Of a stretch of DNA of 64,000 bases, positions 14,772 to 28,131 are shown in pieces (positions within the stretch are counted from its first letter, which is position 1; every line of letters begins with the position of its first letter). Under the pieces are notes generated by a model that was given only the letters and a program-made list of their open reading frames with translations, was not told where the DNA came from and did not search any database. The stretch is from the NCBI RefSeq assembly GCF_009914755.1, contig NC_060931.1; one strand, given 5' to 3'. Origin of the DNA: the human T2T-CHM13v2.0 reference genome, Homo sapiens. Made by a program: the position numbers and the translations under genes.

Positions 14772-15046
14772 AGTTGAGCACGGTGGCTCATGCCTGTCAT
14801 CCCAGCACTTCGGGAGGCTGAGGCAGGAGGATCCCTTGAGCCCAGGAGTTCCAGACCAGCCTGGGCAACTGAGTGAGACCCTGTCTCTACAAAAAACATA
14901 AAAAAGTTAGCCGGGTGTGGTGGCACACACCTGTAGCTCCAGCTACTCGGAGGCTGAGGTGGGAGGATCGCGTACACCCAGCTGTGATCATGACACTGTG
15001 CTCCAGCCTGGGCAACAGAGTGAGACCACCCTATCTAAAAAAAAAA
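14772..15046 (+). mobile_element. Alu (AluJ-like)
   Basis: Diverged Alu with A tail. Confidence 0.9.
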
Positions 15047-16588
15047 GTCTTCCCTTATTGACTGGGCATTTGCTTGTACTGAAATGTACCTTCTACCCCA
15101 GATGAAAAGTATTAATTAACTGGAGTACATTGAGGGCCAAGCCCCAAGAGAAAGCCGCGTCACCAGGGAGCAGTCGAAGGAGGAGGTCACCGTCTGCTTG
15201 GAGAAGAGGCACTCACTTTATTAACTTTAAATATTTTATTCCTAAATTTTGGAAGTAAAATCAACATACAGGGAATACCTGATCATTGGTAGAAAAACCA
15301 GAAATGCAGATATGAAAACAAAGAAATGATCCCTGCCACCTGGAGACCTTGTCTTGGTGGACACACAGCAGTCTGTGCTTTACCCAATGATATGCTGGGA
15401 AAGACATCGCATCAGGAAATATTTCCATGAATATTTTCGTGGCACAGAATTCCTTTGTACCGAGATGACTTCATCACAGCCCAGTGCCGTTCTTACTCCT
15501 GCGGGCTGACTTCCTGCAGGCGGAAATCCTGTTTTATTTTTTTGCCACTTCTGGGGAGGTTCTTGTTCCTACAGGGTCCCACAGGGTCCCTTCCTGGACT
15601 TGTCTGTTGTCTTTGGGGCGGATTCCCAGAAGTGGGATGGCCAGGTCAAAGGTCAGATGAGCGCTCATCCCTGCGAGCTTCTACGCACCCGCACTCCTCC
15701 CCCTGCCTGCCCTGGTCCTTAAGAGGGGTCCTGCCCTCCATCAGGTTGGTCAGGGCAGCTCCCCTGCAGCCCACACTGGCTGTGGACAGAGCAGGGTGCC
15801 TGGAAGGCGTCCCTAGATTCATATTTTAGAGGTTTCTGACAGTTTTTTTTATTTGGCAAAACAGTTTTCTCCTGCATCTGGAACCCTCCCAGGCGAGCCC
15901 TTCGGTTGCACTGAGGAAGGGCCACAATCGTGGTTCTTGGCAAGCGAGGCGTGGACATGGCTGGCGCTGGTGGGAGGCCTCAGCCGTGTGGGGGCCCTGT
16001 GTGTCCTGACGAGGCCACCCACGCGGCTGCAGGGCTGTTGGGCATCTCAGAGGGCGAGGGCGCCAAGGGGCTGGGCTCTAGACGCTGTCCTGGCAGGCAG
16101 GCGTGGGGAGAGTTGGGCTGGGTGAGCACCCGTGGGATTCCCGGAGGTTATTTGGGGATGGGAGCACCCCGGGAAAGATGGACTTCCCGCGTTTGGGTGC
16201 CTTGGGCCCCTCGTCGCTGGGGTTTGAGTGTTCCTGGCGAGGCGCTGCTGTTCTGAGCCCAGACCAGGGGGCGGTGATGCCCTGGGGACTCCTCAAGGGC
16301 AGGCCCTCGCCATCCCTGGGCGGTCCTGGGTTTCTCCCCGTGCTGACTTCGTTTCTTCTCAGGAGAGGACAGAGCGGGCTGCCACTGTCACTGCTGTGCT
16401 GTGTAGGTGCAAAGCCCAGGGCCAGAACCCCCTAGCCAGGGGAGGTGCAGCCCAGCCTACCGTTCACCTGGACAGGAAGCAGGCAGGGACCAGGGCTGCC
16501 TCTCAGAGCCGGGCAGGTGGTGCCTGGTTTACAAAACCCAAATTCAGGGAGAAGAGAGACCTGACCTGCAGCTTCAGATCCACGCCTA

Positions 16589-16738
16589 GGCCGGGAGAAG
16601 TGGCTCGTGCCTGTCATCCCAGCACTGCGGGAGGAATCCCTGAGACCAGGAGTTCGAGGCTGCAGTGAGTCTCACCCGTGCCACTGCACTCCAGCGTGGG
16701 AGACACCGTGAGCCTTGTCTCTAAAACAAACAAACAAA
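16589..16738 (+). mobile_element. Alu monomer / fossil Alu fragment
   Basis: Short diverged Alu arm with (aaac)n tail. Confidence 0.75.
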
Positions 16739-17794
16739 GATGCACACTGATGCCTGTTCTCCACTTCTCTCCACAACGCTGCCTCCTAATGAGGCGGGTA
16801 TCTGGGTCCACCCCGGAACCCCGAGGCTAGAGGCCAAGGGGAGTGTCAGCAACCCCGAGGCCTTTCATCCTGGAGGGTGGAGGGAAGAGCCTGAGGTAGA
16901 CGCACGCACAGTGGGACCCCAGGTCAGCAGTCTGTCCTGAGACCCTGCCTTGAGCTGGGGGAGGGTGCACCTGGGTTCCACCCTTACCTGAGCGCCCTGA
17001 GCTCAGGCCCCACCCATACAGGGGCAGCGCTCACCCAGACACCCCGGGAGCCTCTCTCCCCTAGACTGGCCCAAGCACCTGCTGGCCCAGGGCAGGGGGA
17101 GGCAGTGAAGGGCAGTGGGCTTTGCAGAGAAGAGGGGTGAAGGCCACCGCTGTTGCCTGTGAAGTAGACTCAGGAGCACGGAGCCCCCTGTGAGCCCAGA
17201 GGGCCCTGGCTGACTGGCACGTGGGTCCCAGGCAGCCCAGTTAGTATTGTGCCCGCCTCTGCTGTGGGGTCCAGCCTGCTTTGCCCCTAGGCCTCCCTCA
17301 AGGGTGCTGCAGGGAGAGCCCGGCTGGCAGGTGACTTCCGGACACCCAGACCTGCAGAGCCTCGGCCCCCCCACCCGCTTGCTTGGGAGCAGCACGTGGC
17401 GTCTGCCACTCTCCTGCCTCTGCCCTCTCCCTGTTCCAAGCCACTGTGCTTCTCCCTGCGCTCACGTGGATCAGGCAGGAAGCAGAGGCAGAGGGCAGAG
17501 GGCTCCCTGCTCTCAGGCCCCGCCTGGGTGCAGTGTCCAGGGCAGAGGGCTCCCCCGTCTGGACCCTGCCTGGGTGCAGTGTCCCAGGGCCTATCCACAG
17601 ACGCTGCGGGGCCGGGGCTTCCCAGGGCTGCTCCTGTCTGGTTGACAGAGGTGGGGGCATGGGTGGAGCCCAGGTGAGGGTAGGTTGGGCTGGGTGAGTG
17701 CCGGCTCACTTTCCCCTTTCTTTTCTGTAATAATACTTTTTTTCCTTCTTATTTTGGGGAATATATAGGCTATGATGAGGCTCAATTCAGCCGG

Positions 17795-18297
17795 ATGTTT
17801 GTGCTCGCGTGCTCACAGCGGCACTGGCCATGGCAGCTGGGGAGGGAGTGGATCCCGTGTGCGGGTGCAGAGATGGATGTGCTCCCTGCGCAGTGGGGCT
17901 GCGTTCAGCCCTCCAGAGGACGGGCTCTGATGTGCTGCCCGTGGACCCGCCCTGTGGACACGGTGAGACCCGCCCTGTGGACACGGTGAGACCCGACAGT
18001 CAGGAAAGGATGAGCGCTGTGTCCTTGCACTCACAGGGAGTCCCACGGCCGTCCGATTCCTAGAGGCAGAAAGTCGAATGGTGGGGGTGCCAGGGGTTGG
18101 GGAGGGGCTGGGGAGTTGGTTTACTGGGGACAGAGTTTCAGTTTAGGGAATGGGAAGTTCTGGAGATGGATGATGGTGATGGACACCAAGCAGCTCTTCA
18201 TGCCGTGGAACTAACTGTGCACTTAGGAATGGGGAAAATGGTACATTTCCTGTTACATGTATTTTAGCACAATACAAAATTATTAAAAAATAAAAAG
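17795..18297 (+). mobile_element. L1MB-type 3' end fragment
   Basis: gggacagagtttcagttt...aagttctggagatggat...ggtgatgg...tattttagcacaat plus A-rich tail, typical of an L1MB 3'UTR. Confidence 0.8.
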
Positions 18298-19412
18298 ATG
18301 AGGCTTAGCCGAGAGTTGTGTAACAGCCCCCAGACAGAGCAATGGACAACAGAACTGAGAGTGCAGGGACAGGCTCCCGTCGCCTCCTCTGCGGGTGGGA
18401 GCCTGGTGCCCGTCTGGCTGCCCACGGCCCGCCCCTCCATGCTGCTCCCCTGGGCAGGACCTCCGCCGCCTCTGGGTTCCTTCACCTCTGGGTTCTCCTG
18501 ACCGAGAACGTTGAGGACCAGGCAGCGGTCAAGGTTGGCCCGAGAGGAGGCGGTGGGTGGTGGGGACGAACCTCTCTGTAGGGAAGGGGCCCAGGAGCTG
18601 TCTTGAGACTCGGCAGCCCCCTCCCAGCTGGTGGCGAGCAGGGACAGGGAGGCCAGGCCGGTCACCTGGAGCAGACGGACACGGCCCAAGGACGCGGCTG
18701 GGGAAGGAGGGAGAGCGAGGTGGGGCACCTGGCTGGCAGTGGGGACCAGCCTTCGTCCCTCAGGGTCCATCAAGGGCGGAGCTTCCTGGATGTCGTGGGA
18801 AGGATGGTGGCATGGCCTGGACCCCGTAGGGGCAGCACAGGTCCCAGGAGTCTGGTACTGAGCTGGGCAGCCCCCGCCAGAAGCCGAGCTGGGGCACAGT
18901 CTTGGAAGCGACTGTGTGGGTTCCCCCTCTGCCTGGCTCCGAGGCCACCCCTTCCCTCCTGTGACTGGACGAGCTCCCAGGGGTCCTCTTGCCTTGCGCT
19001 GGCTTCCACGACTGGTGCCTGGCAACCAGGTCGCACAGTGGCAGACGGGGGGCTGGGGTGGCCGTGAGGTCCCTGGGCCCCCGCCACCCTCGTTCCCGGG
19101 CCCGGCAGGGACATATCTCCCCGGGGCTCCCACAGTCATGCAGGCAGTCGTCGGGGGTTCACACAGGATGAGGGTGCAGAGCTGGCTAGCGCACTCCAGG
19201 GCTCCCTGTGGCTCGCAGGCGCTGGGCCGCCTCACTGTGCCCAGCTTGCTGATGGGGGTCTCCGGGGAACACACCACTTCCCCTGGCCTGCCTCCTCCCT
19301 GCAAAAGGGCAAATCTTGCCTTGTGCGGCTTTTATTTGAGTAAATAACTGTGATAATGGAGGATTTTAAGAGGTGTTTTGACCCAGATTCAAACCTGCAG
19401 TGGAAAACACAT

Positions 19413-19701
19413 GTTTTTTTTTTAGACAGTCTCTCTCTGTCGCCCAGGCTGGAGTGCAGTTGCGTGATCTCAGCTCACTGCAAACTCCGCCTCCCAGGTT
19501 CAAGCTATTCTCATGTCTCAGCCTCCTGAGTAGCTTGGACTACAGGCATGCATCACCATGCCCGACTAATTTTTGTATTTTTAGTAGGACAGGGTTTCGC
19601 CATGTTGGCCAGGCTGGTCTTGAATTCCTGACCTCAAGAGATCCACCTGCCTTGGCCTCCTAAAGTGCTGGGATTACAGGTGTGAGCCACCGCGCCCGGC
19701 C
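19413..19701 (-). mobile_element. Alu (AluS-like), TSD ggaaaacac
   Basis: Reverse Alu dimer with direct repeat flanks. Confidence 0.95.
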
Positions 19702-21944
19702 GGAAAACACACCTTCAAAAAACTGAGTCATCCTTTCCCTCCAGAGAAGCTACCATGTGTGGTGCAGTTTGCTTTGGGGACCCGCCTGGGTGGACCTGTC
19801 CCGGATCTCCGTCCGGGTCTGCCTGTGGAGTACCTGGCATCTCTGCCGAGGCCTGGGGTGCCCCTGACTGGCTCCTTGCCAGGGGAGGAGGCCTGGGGGG
19901 ACCCCCGGGGGCTGCTGAGGTGAGGGGGGCCCAGGACCCGGCTGAGCAGAGTGAGTGGTCAGGGTCCAGCGCGGGCACAGAAGTGTGGGTGTTCACATCA
20001 GGGGCTGTGGGAGGGGCGTCCCCAGCAGAGGGAGGAGGGACGAAGGGGCCATCCCAGAACCCTGGGCTCACCACAGGGGGCATGGGGCTGGAGGGACCCT
20101 GTGAGGGGAACTGTGAGGGGCCAGCGGCTTTGCTGGGGACTGACCTGCAGTTGAGGAGGGAGGAGGGGCAAAGCATGGTGCCACCCAGGGCAGGACAGGG
20201 TCCAGGTGCCCAGCAGCCTCCATGGCACAGGATGGCCTGGGAGCCGCGTGGGAGCCTCGTGGGAGCTGGGATGTGGCGGCTGTGACCCGCATGGAGTCAG
20301 GGCCAGGCTCCTGCACCCCTGGGGAGTGGGCGCCCAGCGGGGCTACGGTGCTGGGGTGGGCTATCCCGGGAGGACAGCGTCAGTGGCTGTGGCTGGGAGT
20401 GAGGGAGGGGCTGGAAGGGCTCCCTCTCTGCACCTCTGCTGTCTGTGTGAGGTGTCGGCTCTACCAAAGCCCATAGCCTTCTCCTTGGTGAAGGCAGCTG
20501 TCACCAGGCGTGTGAGGCAGGGCTGCACCTGCTAGGCCCTCAAAGGTGAGGCTGGGACATCTCGCTGGGGCCTGGTGGCCAGGTCTTCTCCAAGTCCCTT
20601 GGGCCAGAGTCTGCTGGGGAGACCTGAACTATTTCTACTGTCCTGGGCCTCAGGGCAGGACGCAATGTGGGGACGCTTCCCTCTCTGCCCATGGGGTCCA
20701 CCCGGGGAGCCCAGCCTGCGTTTCAGGCTCCCCCAAGTCCCAACGTGGGCCTGGTTCATGTCTCATCAAGAGAGCCTGTGGGCGATCTTACCTCCAGTCC
20801 ACAGAGGGAAACACCTTGGACCCTGCGGGCGAGGCTGTGCCCCCGGGGACCCCTCTGGAGGGACCTGGATTGCCGGGGCCTGAAGTGGCCACAGCTGGGG
20901 CGGGGGGCCAGTTTCCCTGGGTGCTCTCTGCACCTGGGAGGGACATCCCAGGACATCCCCCAGTCTCACTGGGAAATCTGCCCACAGGGATGACAATACC
21001 CTGATTGTGAGGCATGCGGGTATCTCGCAGAGTCTTCCAGAGCTCATGGAGTAATTCTGGGGTGCTGATCAAGGTCTAGCTTGTGTGAGAGCCGGGGGCC
21101 ACAAGGAGGGGCACGGCGCACCCCATAACAACAGCGGAAGTATGGCTGTTGGTGTTGGGACAGGGAGTTCTGTTTGCTGTCAGGGCCCAGAGACGTCCAA
21201 ACCCTTTGGGAAGGGCTCACAGCTCCCAGGGTCGCCTCAGGCTCACGGAACCACAGGCCCAGTTTCCAGATGACCAACATAAGCTGCCCTTCCTTGGGCT
21301 TTTTCTGGGTTCGCTGCCATTGGCCACATAAAGGAAGGGCCAGTGGTTCATTTGAGGACACTGAGCAGGGTGAGCTTCTGAGCGTCTGCGCTCATGGATC
21401 CTGCAGCCCAGGCTATTTGGCACGCTGTGGCTGGAGCTTAAATTGTGGCTGACTGAGCCCCGTTCTCAGCTTAGTTAAAACTTCACGCAGCTGCCAGCTC
21501 AACAGGCTGCTTATGTGATTATTACAGTGAATTAGACAGGGCAAGGGGAGGACCACATGCTAGAGATGCTCAGCTTGGACCTTCCCAGGATGGATGTGGC
21601 TGGCCTGCTGCCAGCTTCCTGGGGGTGCATGGCTGGGCAGAGGCACCATGGGCAGTGGGCCAGGCTTCTCCAGCTCCCAGGACCTCCCCTCGGGGAGGAC
21701 CGACCCTTAGGGTCCAAGTTTTGGGAGTGGGGGCAACCCCTGTCCCACACAGGGGACGGTGGACCTGCTGGGTAGCTGGGGGAGCTTGTACTGGGTAGAG
21801 GAGGCTGACTCAACATGCTCATGTTGTCATGAACCCCTCATGGGACTCCCCCAGAAAATCATATTCCTGTTTGGCCTGGTTACACACAAACAGACCTGGC
21901 CTAAGGGCGGTGTGTAAATACAATGTTTGGTTATTTGTTCATTC

Positions 21945-22735
21945 ACCTGTCCATCCATCCATCCATCCATCCATCCATCCATCCATCCACCCATCCATCC
22001 ATCTGTCCCTCTGTCTGCCCATCAGTTAATCCATCCATCTGCCTGTCCATCTGTCTGTTCATCCATCTGTCCATCCATCCACCCTTTCATCCACCCACCC
22101 ACTTGTCCACCCATCCATCCATCCATCCATCCATCCATCCATTCATCTATCCATCCACCCACCCATCTATCCGCTGACCCACCCATCCACCCATCCATCC
22201 ACCCACCCACGCACCCATCCATCCATCCACCCATCCACACATCCATCCACCCATCCATCCACCCACCCACCCATCCATCCATCCACCCACCCACCCACCC
22301 ACCCATCCATCCATCCATCCATCCATCCATCCATCCACCCACCCATCCATCCACCCACCCACCCACTCATCCATCCACCCACCCACCTGTCCACCCATCC
22401 ATCCATTCATCCATCCATCCACTCATCTATCCATCCACCCACCCATCCATCCACCCATCCATCCACCGACCCACCCATCCACCCATCCATCCATCCACCC
22501 ACCCACCCACCCATCCATCCATCCACTCATCCATCCACCCTCCCACCCATCCACCCATCCATCCACCTACCCATCCATCTGTCCATCTGTCTATCCGTTT
22601 GTTCATCCATTCGTCCATCCTTCCATCTGTCCATCTGTCTGTCCATCTGTCTATCCATTTGTTCATCCATTCGTCCATCCTTCCATCTGTCCATCTGTCT
22701 GCCCATCTGCCTGTCCCTCCCATTCATTCATCTGT
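21945..22735. repeat. (CCAT)n/(CCAC)n compound microsatellite
   Basis: Directly visible; explains the HPSI/GWMD ORFs. Confidence 0.97.
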
Positions 22736-24460
22736 GTGTCCATTGCTGGCACGCTGGGGACAGAGAGCTTTATACATTGTCATCCTGCCCTGCAGAGGGG
22801 AAAGGCAGAATCAATCACTTCCAACCCACCCTTGTCAACCCCCCACAGGCCAGTGGAGGGGAGGACTACATGCTGAACACGCTCAGCTTGGACCTTCCCA
22901 GGATGGAGAGAAGGGTCAGAGAGCTTCCTGAGTGGGTGTCGGTGAGTGGATGTGGGCAGGCTCTCTGGACGAGAGTGGCCAGAGCCCGGGGTGGGCTTGT
23001 GGGTTGGAGGTGAATTTGTGGGAGGGAGAATTTTGCATGCAGCAGGAAGAGGTGAAGCAAGCCTGGACGTGAATGGGCGGCTTCTTCCCCACACTTCACC
23101 CCTTGTGCTGCCTGTGGAGTGAGCCACGGTGGCCAGTGATGGGCTTGCCCTAGGACCACTGTCCATGCCGAGTGGTGGCAGCCGCGCCCCGGGAGCACCC
23201 CCTCCTGCTGTGGTGGAAACGCAGCCAATGGACAGAGAGAGCCGGTCCCTGGAGCTCGGCTGAGTGTGACAGAGCTCCAGCCTGGGGGCAGCGAGGCTGC
23301 TGCACGGCCCACGGGACTCTGTCTTGAAGCGAGACCGTTACCATGACTGGCGCCGGGCGCCCACATACTGAGGTGTTTCTGTAGCACAGACACCCTGGGA
23401 AGAATGCCTGTCACACTCCCCAGCGGTCACGAGTTTCCCAAGAGAGTCAGATGTGGCCAGCTGCATGCGTCCCACCTTAAACACATGTGCACAAAAGACA
23501 CTTCCTGGAGTGGGTGCGGGCGCCACCGTCTTGTGGCCACCGGAGACACTGATTCCTTTCCCAAGTCCCTGTGAAGTGTTTGTCTGAGGAGCTGGGTCTG
23601 TCAGCCTTTCTCTTCCACCTCTCAGCTCCCTTGGCCTTTGGGGTGAGTCTGCATAGACCTGCCCACCGCGGGACAGAGGCCTTCCCACAAGGACGAGGCA
23701 GCTGCTGTGGGACTGCCAACGTCTGTCTTTCTTGCCACACGGAAGGTCACCTGTCACCTGACAAGATTACCTGTCACTGATGGGCCACTTGTCACCTGAG
23801 GTCACCTGTCACCTGATGGGATCACCTGTTCCCTTTCAGCCCTCTTTGGCTTCAAGAGGTCGTGGGACCTCAGGTGTGCATCTGCCCTGGAGTGGTTTTG
23901 TTGTGGTTGGGGACATAGCTGTGTCCATCGCTTCTTGTCCCTCATCCCCCTGGGACCAGGCCTTGGGGAGCAGACAGCTGTGAACCCCCAGAGCTGTGAG
24001 TCAGTGCGAAGTGGGGAGAGAGCAGCCCACAAATCTCCAAAGGACAGACCACCATCCGCTCAGCTCCCAGCGCTCCCTGCGTCTCGGTAGTTCCTGCTAC
24101 TGGCTGCTCCGTCCTCTCCAGGGCAGGCTGACTTCGTCGTCACCTGTCAGGCACAGCAGACGCCCACGGCAGGTGTGAGGTGAGGAAAGAAAACCGGACC
24201 CCACAGCCCTGAGTCCTCCCAGAGGCTGCTGGAGGGACGGGTGCTCTGCAGGGAAGCTCTGATGTCAGCGTTGTCCCAGTTTGCAGGGACAGGTCCTTGG
24301 GCCGAGGACCTCACTTTCAGTCAGCCACAGAGGCGTCCCGCAGCCCATCACCCACACGGAGAGTGCGAATGGCCTGGCCCGGCCTGCCTGTCTCATTCTC
24401 CTGTACACTCCAGCAACACGGACACCCACACCTTCCAGTCCCCCTGAGATCCCCAAGTCC

Positions 24461-24850
24461 TGTGCAGGGGAATGGTGGTCTCTGAAGACACGTCCACCTG
24501 CTGACCCCTGGAACCCGTGAGCATGCCTGCCCGAGAGGCCGTCTTTGCAGATGTAACAAGTTAAGGCCTGGAGAGGAGATCATCCTGGACTGAGAATGCC
24601 AGCAAACCCAACAACAGCCGTCCTTAGAGGAGAAGGGGGAGGGAGACTTGAGACCGGGACGGGGAGGGAGGCCACGTGGAGACGGAGGCAGAGATGGGAG
24701 GGGTGTGGCCACAAGCTGGGAGAAGCAGCAGCTTGTGTGCCGGAAGCTGGGAGAGGCAGGAAGGAGTGTCCATCCTGAGCCTCGTGAGGGAGCCGGCCCC
24801 GCCCACACCTTCCTCCACTTTGGCTCTGTCCTCCTGCCGGTGTGAGGAGC
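24461..24850 (+). mobile_element. MLT1 (MaLR) solo LTR, B/C-like
   Basis: gtctttgcagatgtaacaagttaagg...gagatcatcctgga...ggccacgtggagacggaggcagagat. Confidence 0.75.
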
Positions 24851-25167
24851 CCCCAGGCACGCGGGCGCCCCGCTTTAGAAATTCAGTTTAGAAGGTGCAC
24901 CTGTGCATCAGTACCGAGGCATCCCAACTTATAAAACCCCAAATCAAGTATTTTATGAAAAAATTGCATATGTCTGTGTAGCTTTGTGGGAACGTTTATT
25001 TATTCATGTGAGACTCCAAATGCTTCACGCAGAAAAACAGCGACAGAAACACAGGATGCAGGGCAGAGATGGCATTTTACAGGGCAATATTTTCAGCGGC
25101 CACAGGAGGGCGCGTCTATAAAAGAAAACAGGACTGTGCGCGAGTGACCCACTCCACTCCCACCCGA

Positions 25168-25880
25168 GGCACGCACACACGCATGCACACACATGCACAC
25201 TCACATGCACACACACACACACGCAGTCATCCACCCACATAGGCACACACATGCACAGACACGAAGTCACCCACCCACACATGTACCCTCACACATGCCT
25301 GCACACACACATACATGCACACTCACACATGCACACACATGCATGCACACATGCATGCTCATGCATGCACACCCACATGCAGTCATCCATCCACATGTGC
25401 GCACATGCACACAATCACATGCACTCACACGCACCCGCACCTGCAGTCACCCACCCACATGTGCACACACCCATGCACACATGCAGTCCCCCACCCACAC
25501 ATGCACACACACATGCCTGCACACACGCACACTCATGCATGCATGCACACACACACGGTCATCCACCCATATATACACACACATGCACATTCACATGCAC
25601 ACTCAGTCACCCACCCACATGTGCACACTGACATGCATACACACGCATGCACACACACATGCAGTCACCCACCCACACATACTCACACATGCCTGCACAC
25701 GCATACACTCATGCATGCACACACGGTCATCCACCCACATATACACACACATGCACGTTCACATGCACACTCGCATGCACACATGCAGTCACCCACCCAC
25801 ACGTGCACACTCACACACGCATACATAGACATACACACACACGAAGTCACCCACCCACACATGCACCCCCACACCCCCAT
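25168..25880. repeat. Degenerate (CA)n/(CACATG)n repeat with a higher-order gcagtcacccacccac spacer
   Basis: Directly visible; explains the His/Thr-rich ORFs. Confidence 0.95.
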
Positions 25881-27353
25881 GGCCACCTAGTGGCGTTAGT
25901 CTTATTTTAATTATGTTCAGGTTAATCAAGGCTAAAATCGAGTTGAAGGGTGAGGGGCCTGAGTGCTTACACGGTCCCATCGGTGGAATAAAATAATTAG
26001 TTTAAGGCAGAGTGGGGAGTTTTTCTTGTTGAACAGTTAACATCCAGTCTCACAACCTTCTAAATGACATATCAAAAGCTTCGCAAGCACACAATTTTAA
26101 ATGATAAAATCAGGCTCTACCAAAAGTTCAAGGTCACTTTTTTCCCCCTACACTCCCATGCCAAAAACATTTCTATAGTTTTTACTCAAATAACATTTGA
26201 CAAATGGTAATTTGCGTTCTTCTGGGCTAATAGAGAGCAATAAAATCTATTGTTAATATTTTCAGCACCTTCTGGCTAAAATAATCCCATAACCCACTGA
26301 ACCGTGCACCGCCCCCATAAGTGGTGGTACAAGGAAAGGTCAGGGCCACCAAACCTATCGCACAACCGCTGAAGTCAGCCACCCTGGCGGCCGGGGAGCG
26401 AATGGGAAGCACTTGACAACACCTGTCTTGGAGTTGCTTTTTGAAGCTTTGGTCAGAACATGCAGTCGTTTCCTTAATCCAGACTTTTGTGATCAGCAGT
26501 TTCTCCAAGGCGTGGTTGAACGGCCTCATAAGTAAAGTTGGCTTGGAGAGACCAGAAGACGTGGCTTTCACCCAGACCGATGACCGCTCTGCAGTGCCAA
26601 AGGGTGTGGCGTCCCGATTCCAGGGCCCTTTGCTTCCTATCCACTTGTTACCAAAATCAGGTAAAAAATTACCGAGGTAAAGAAGAAATAACATAAAGAG
26701 AGAAAACACAAAACTCAAAGCCAAAACTGTCCCAAGCCTTATAATACTTGTGAGCGAAGTCCTCAGCCCCTCCCGTGGTGCCCTCGATTCCCGTTAAAGG
26801 GCAGGAGCAGCAGCAGAAGCTGCTGTGAGCTCCAGGTCTCCACCTCATCCCCAACAACCATGCTCCCAAACCAGACAGCAGCAGCTGAAAACCGCAGAGC
26901 ACCCTGCACTGTTGCCAGCCAATCCAGGAAGATAGATCATGCTGGTACAGACGGGTTTCAGTGCGGATGCAAATGAACTTATGCATGTGACTCTTCTTAG
27001 CTTTAAGCCTTTTACCTGAGGGTTTATTGTTGGAGTTATAGCAATGTATGGTGATGATAAAGGGTCTCCAGCATCATTCCGTGTAGTAAAAATGATGCTT
27101 CATCCGGGAGGGGAGGACTCCCCAGCATCTTACTCCCCGCCAGGCCTCCCACGCCCACCTGTTGGTATCTGAGGGTGAGGCGTGGAGGTGGCCAGACCAT
27201 TACAGTTTGCCCGAGCGTCTAGATTTAGGAATTCTGTTGGACTTAGGAGCATCTAGATTGAGGTAAAAAGAGCACAGTCTACAAAGAAACTAATTGTTCC
27301 CGCTTTTACGTGCTCCTCAGTTTTAAAATCTTTTAATTTTAATTAAAAATAAG

Positions 27354-27658
<305 letters not shown>

Positions 27659-27776
27659 TTAAAAAAAAATTAGCTGCCTTGACAAAGTCTTAGCTAAAGT
27701 ACCAAGCATCATGGGAGAATATAAATATAAATATCCAGCCAGTCAAATATATTTCATAAGGAATGAGGCGATTGTA

Positions 27777-28131
<355 letters not shown>

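Noticed and set aside
18264-19304. 346-aa minus-strand ORF
   Set aside because: Very GC-rich sequence with few stops, non-ATG start, Pro/Gly/Ala-biased, ends inside an L1 fragment.
21927-22931. 334-aa HPSI-repeat ORF
   Set aside because: Translation of a (CCAT)n microsatellite.
26227-26724. 165-aa ORF with signal-peptide-like N-terminus
   Set aside because: TTG start; hydrophobicity comes from a T-rich tract; no recognisable homology.
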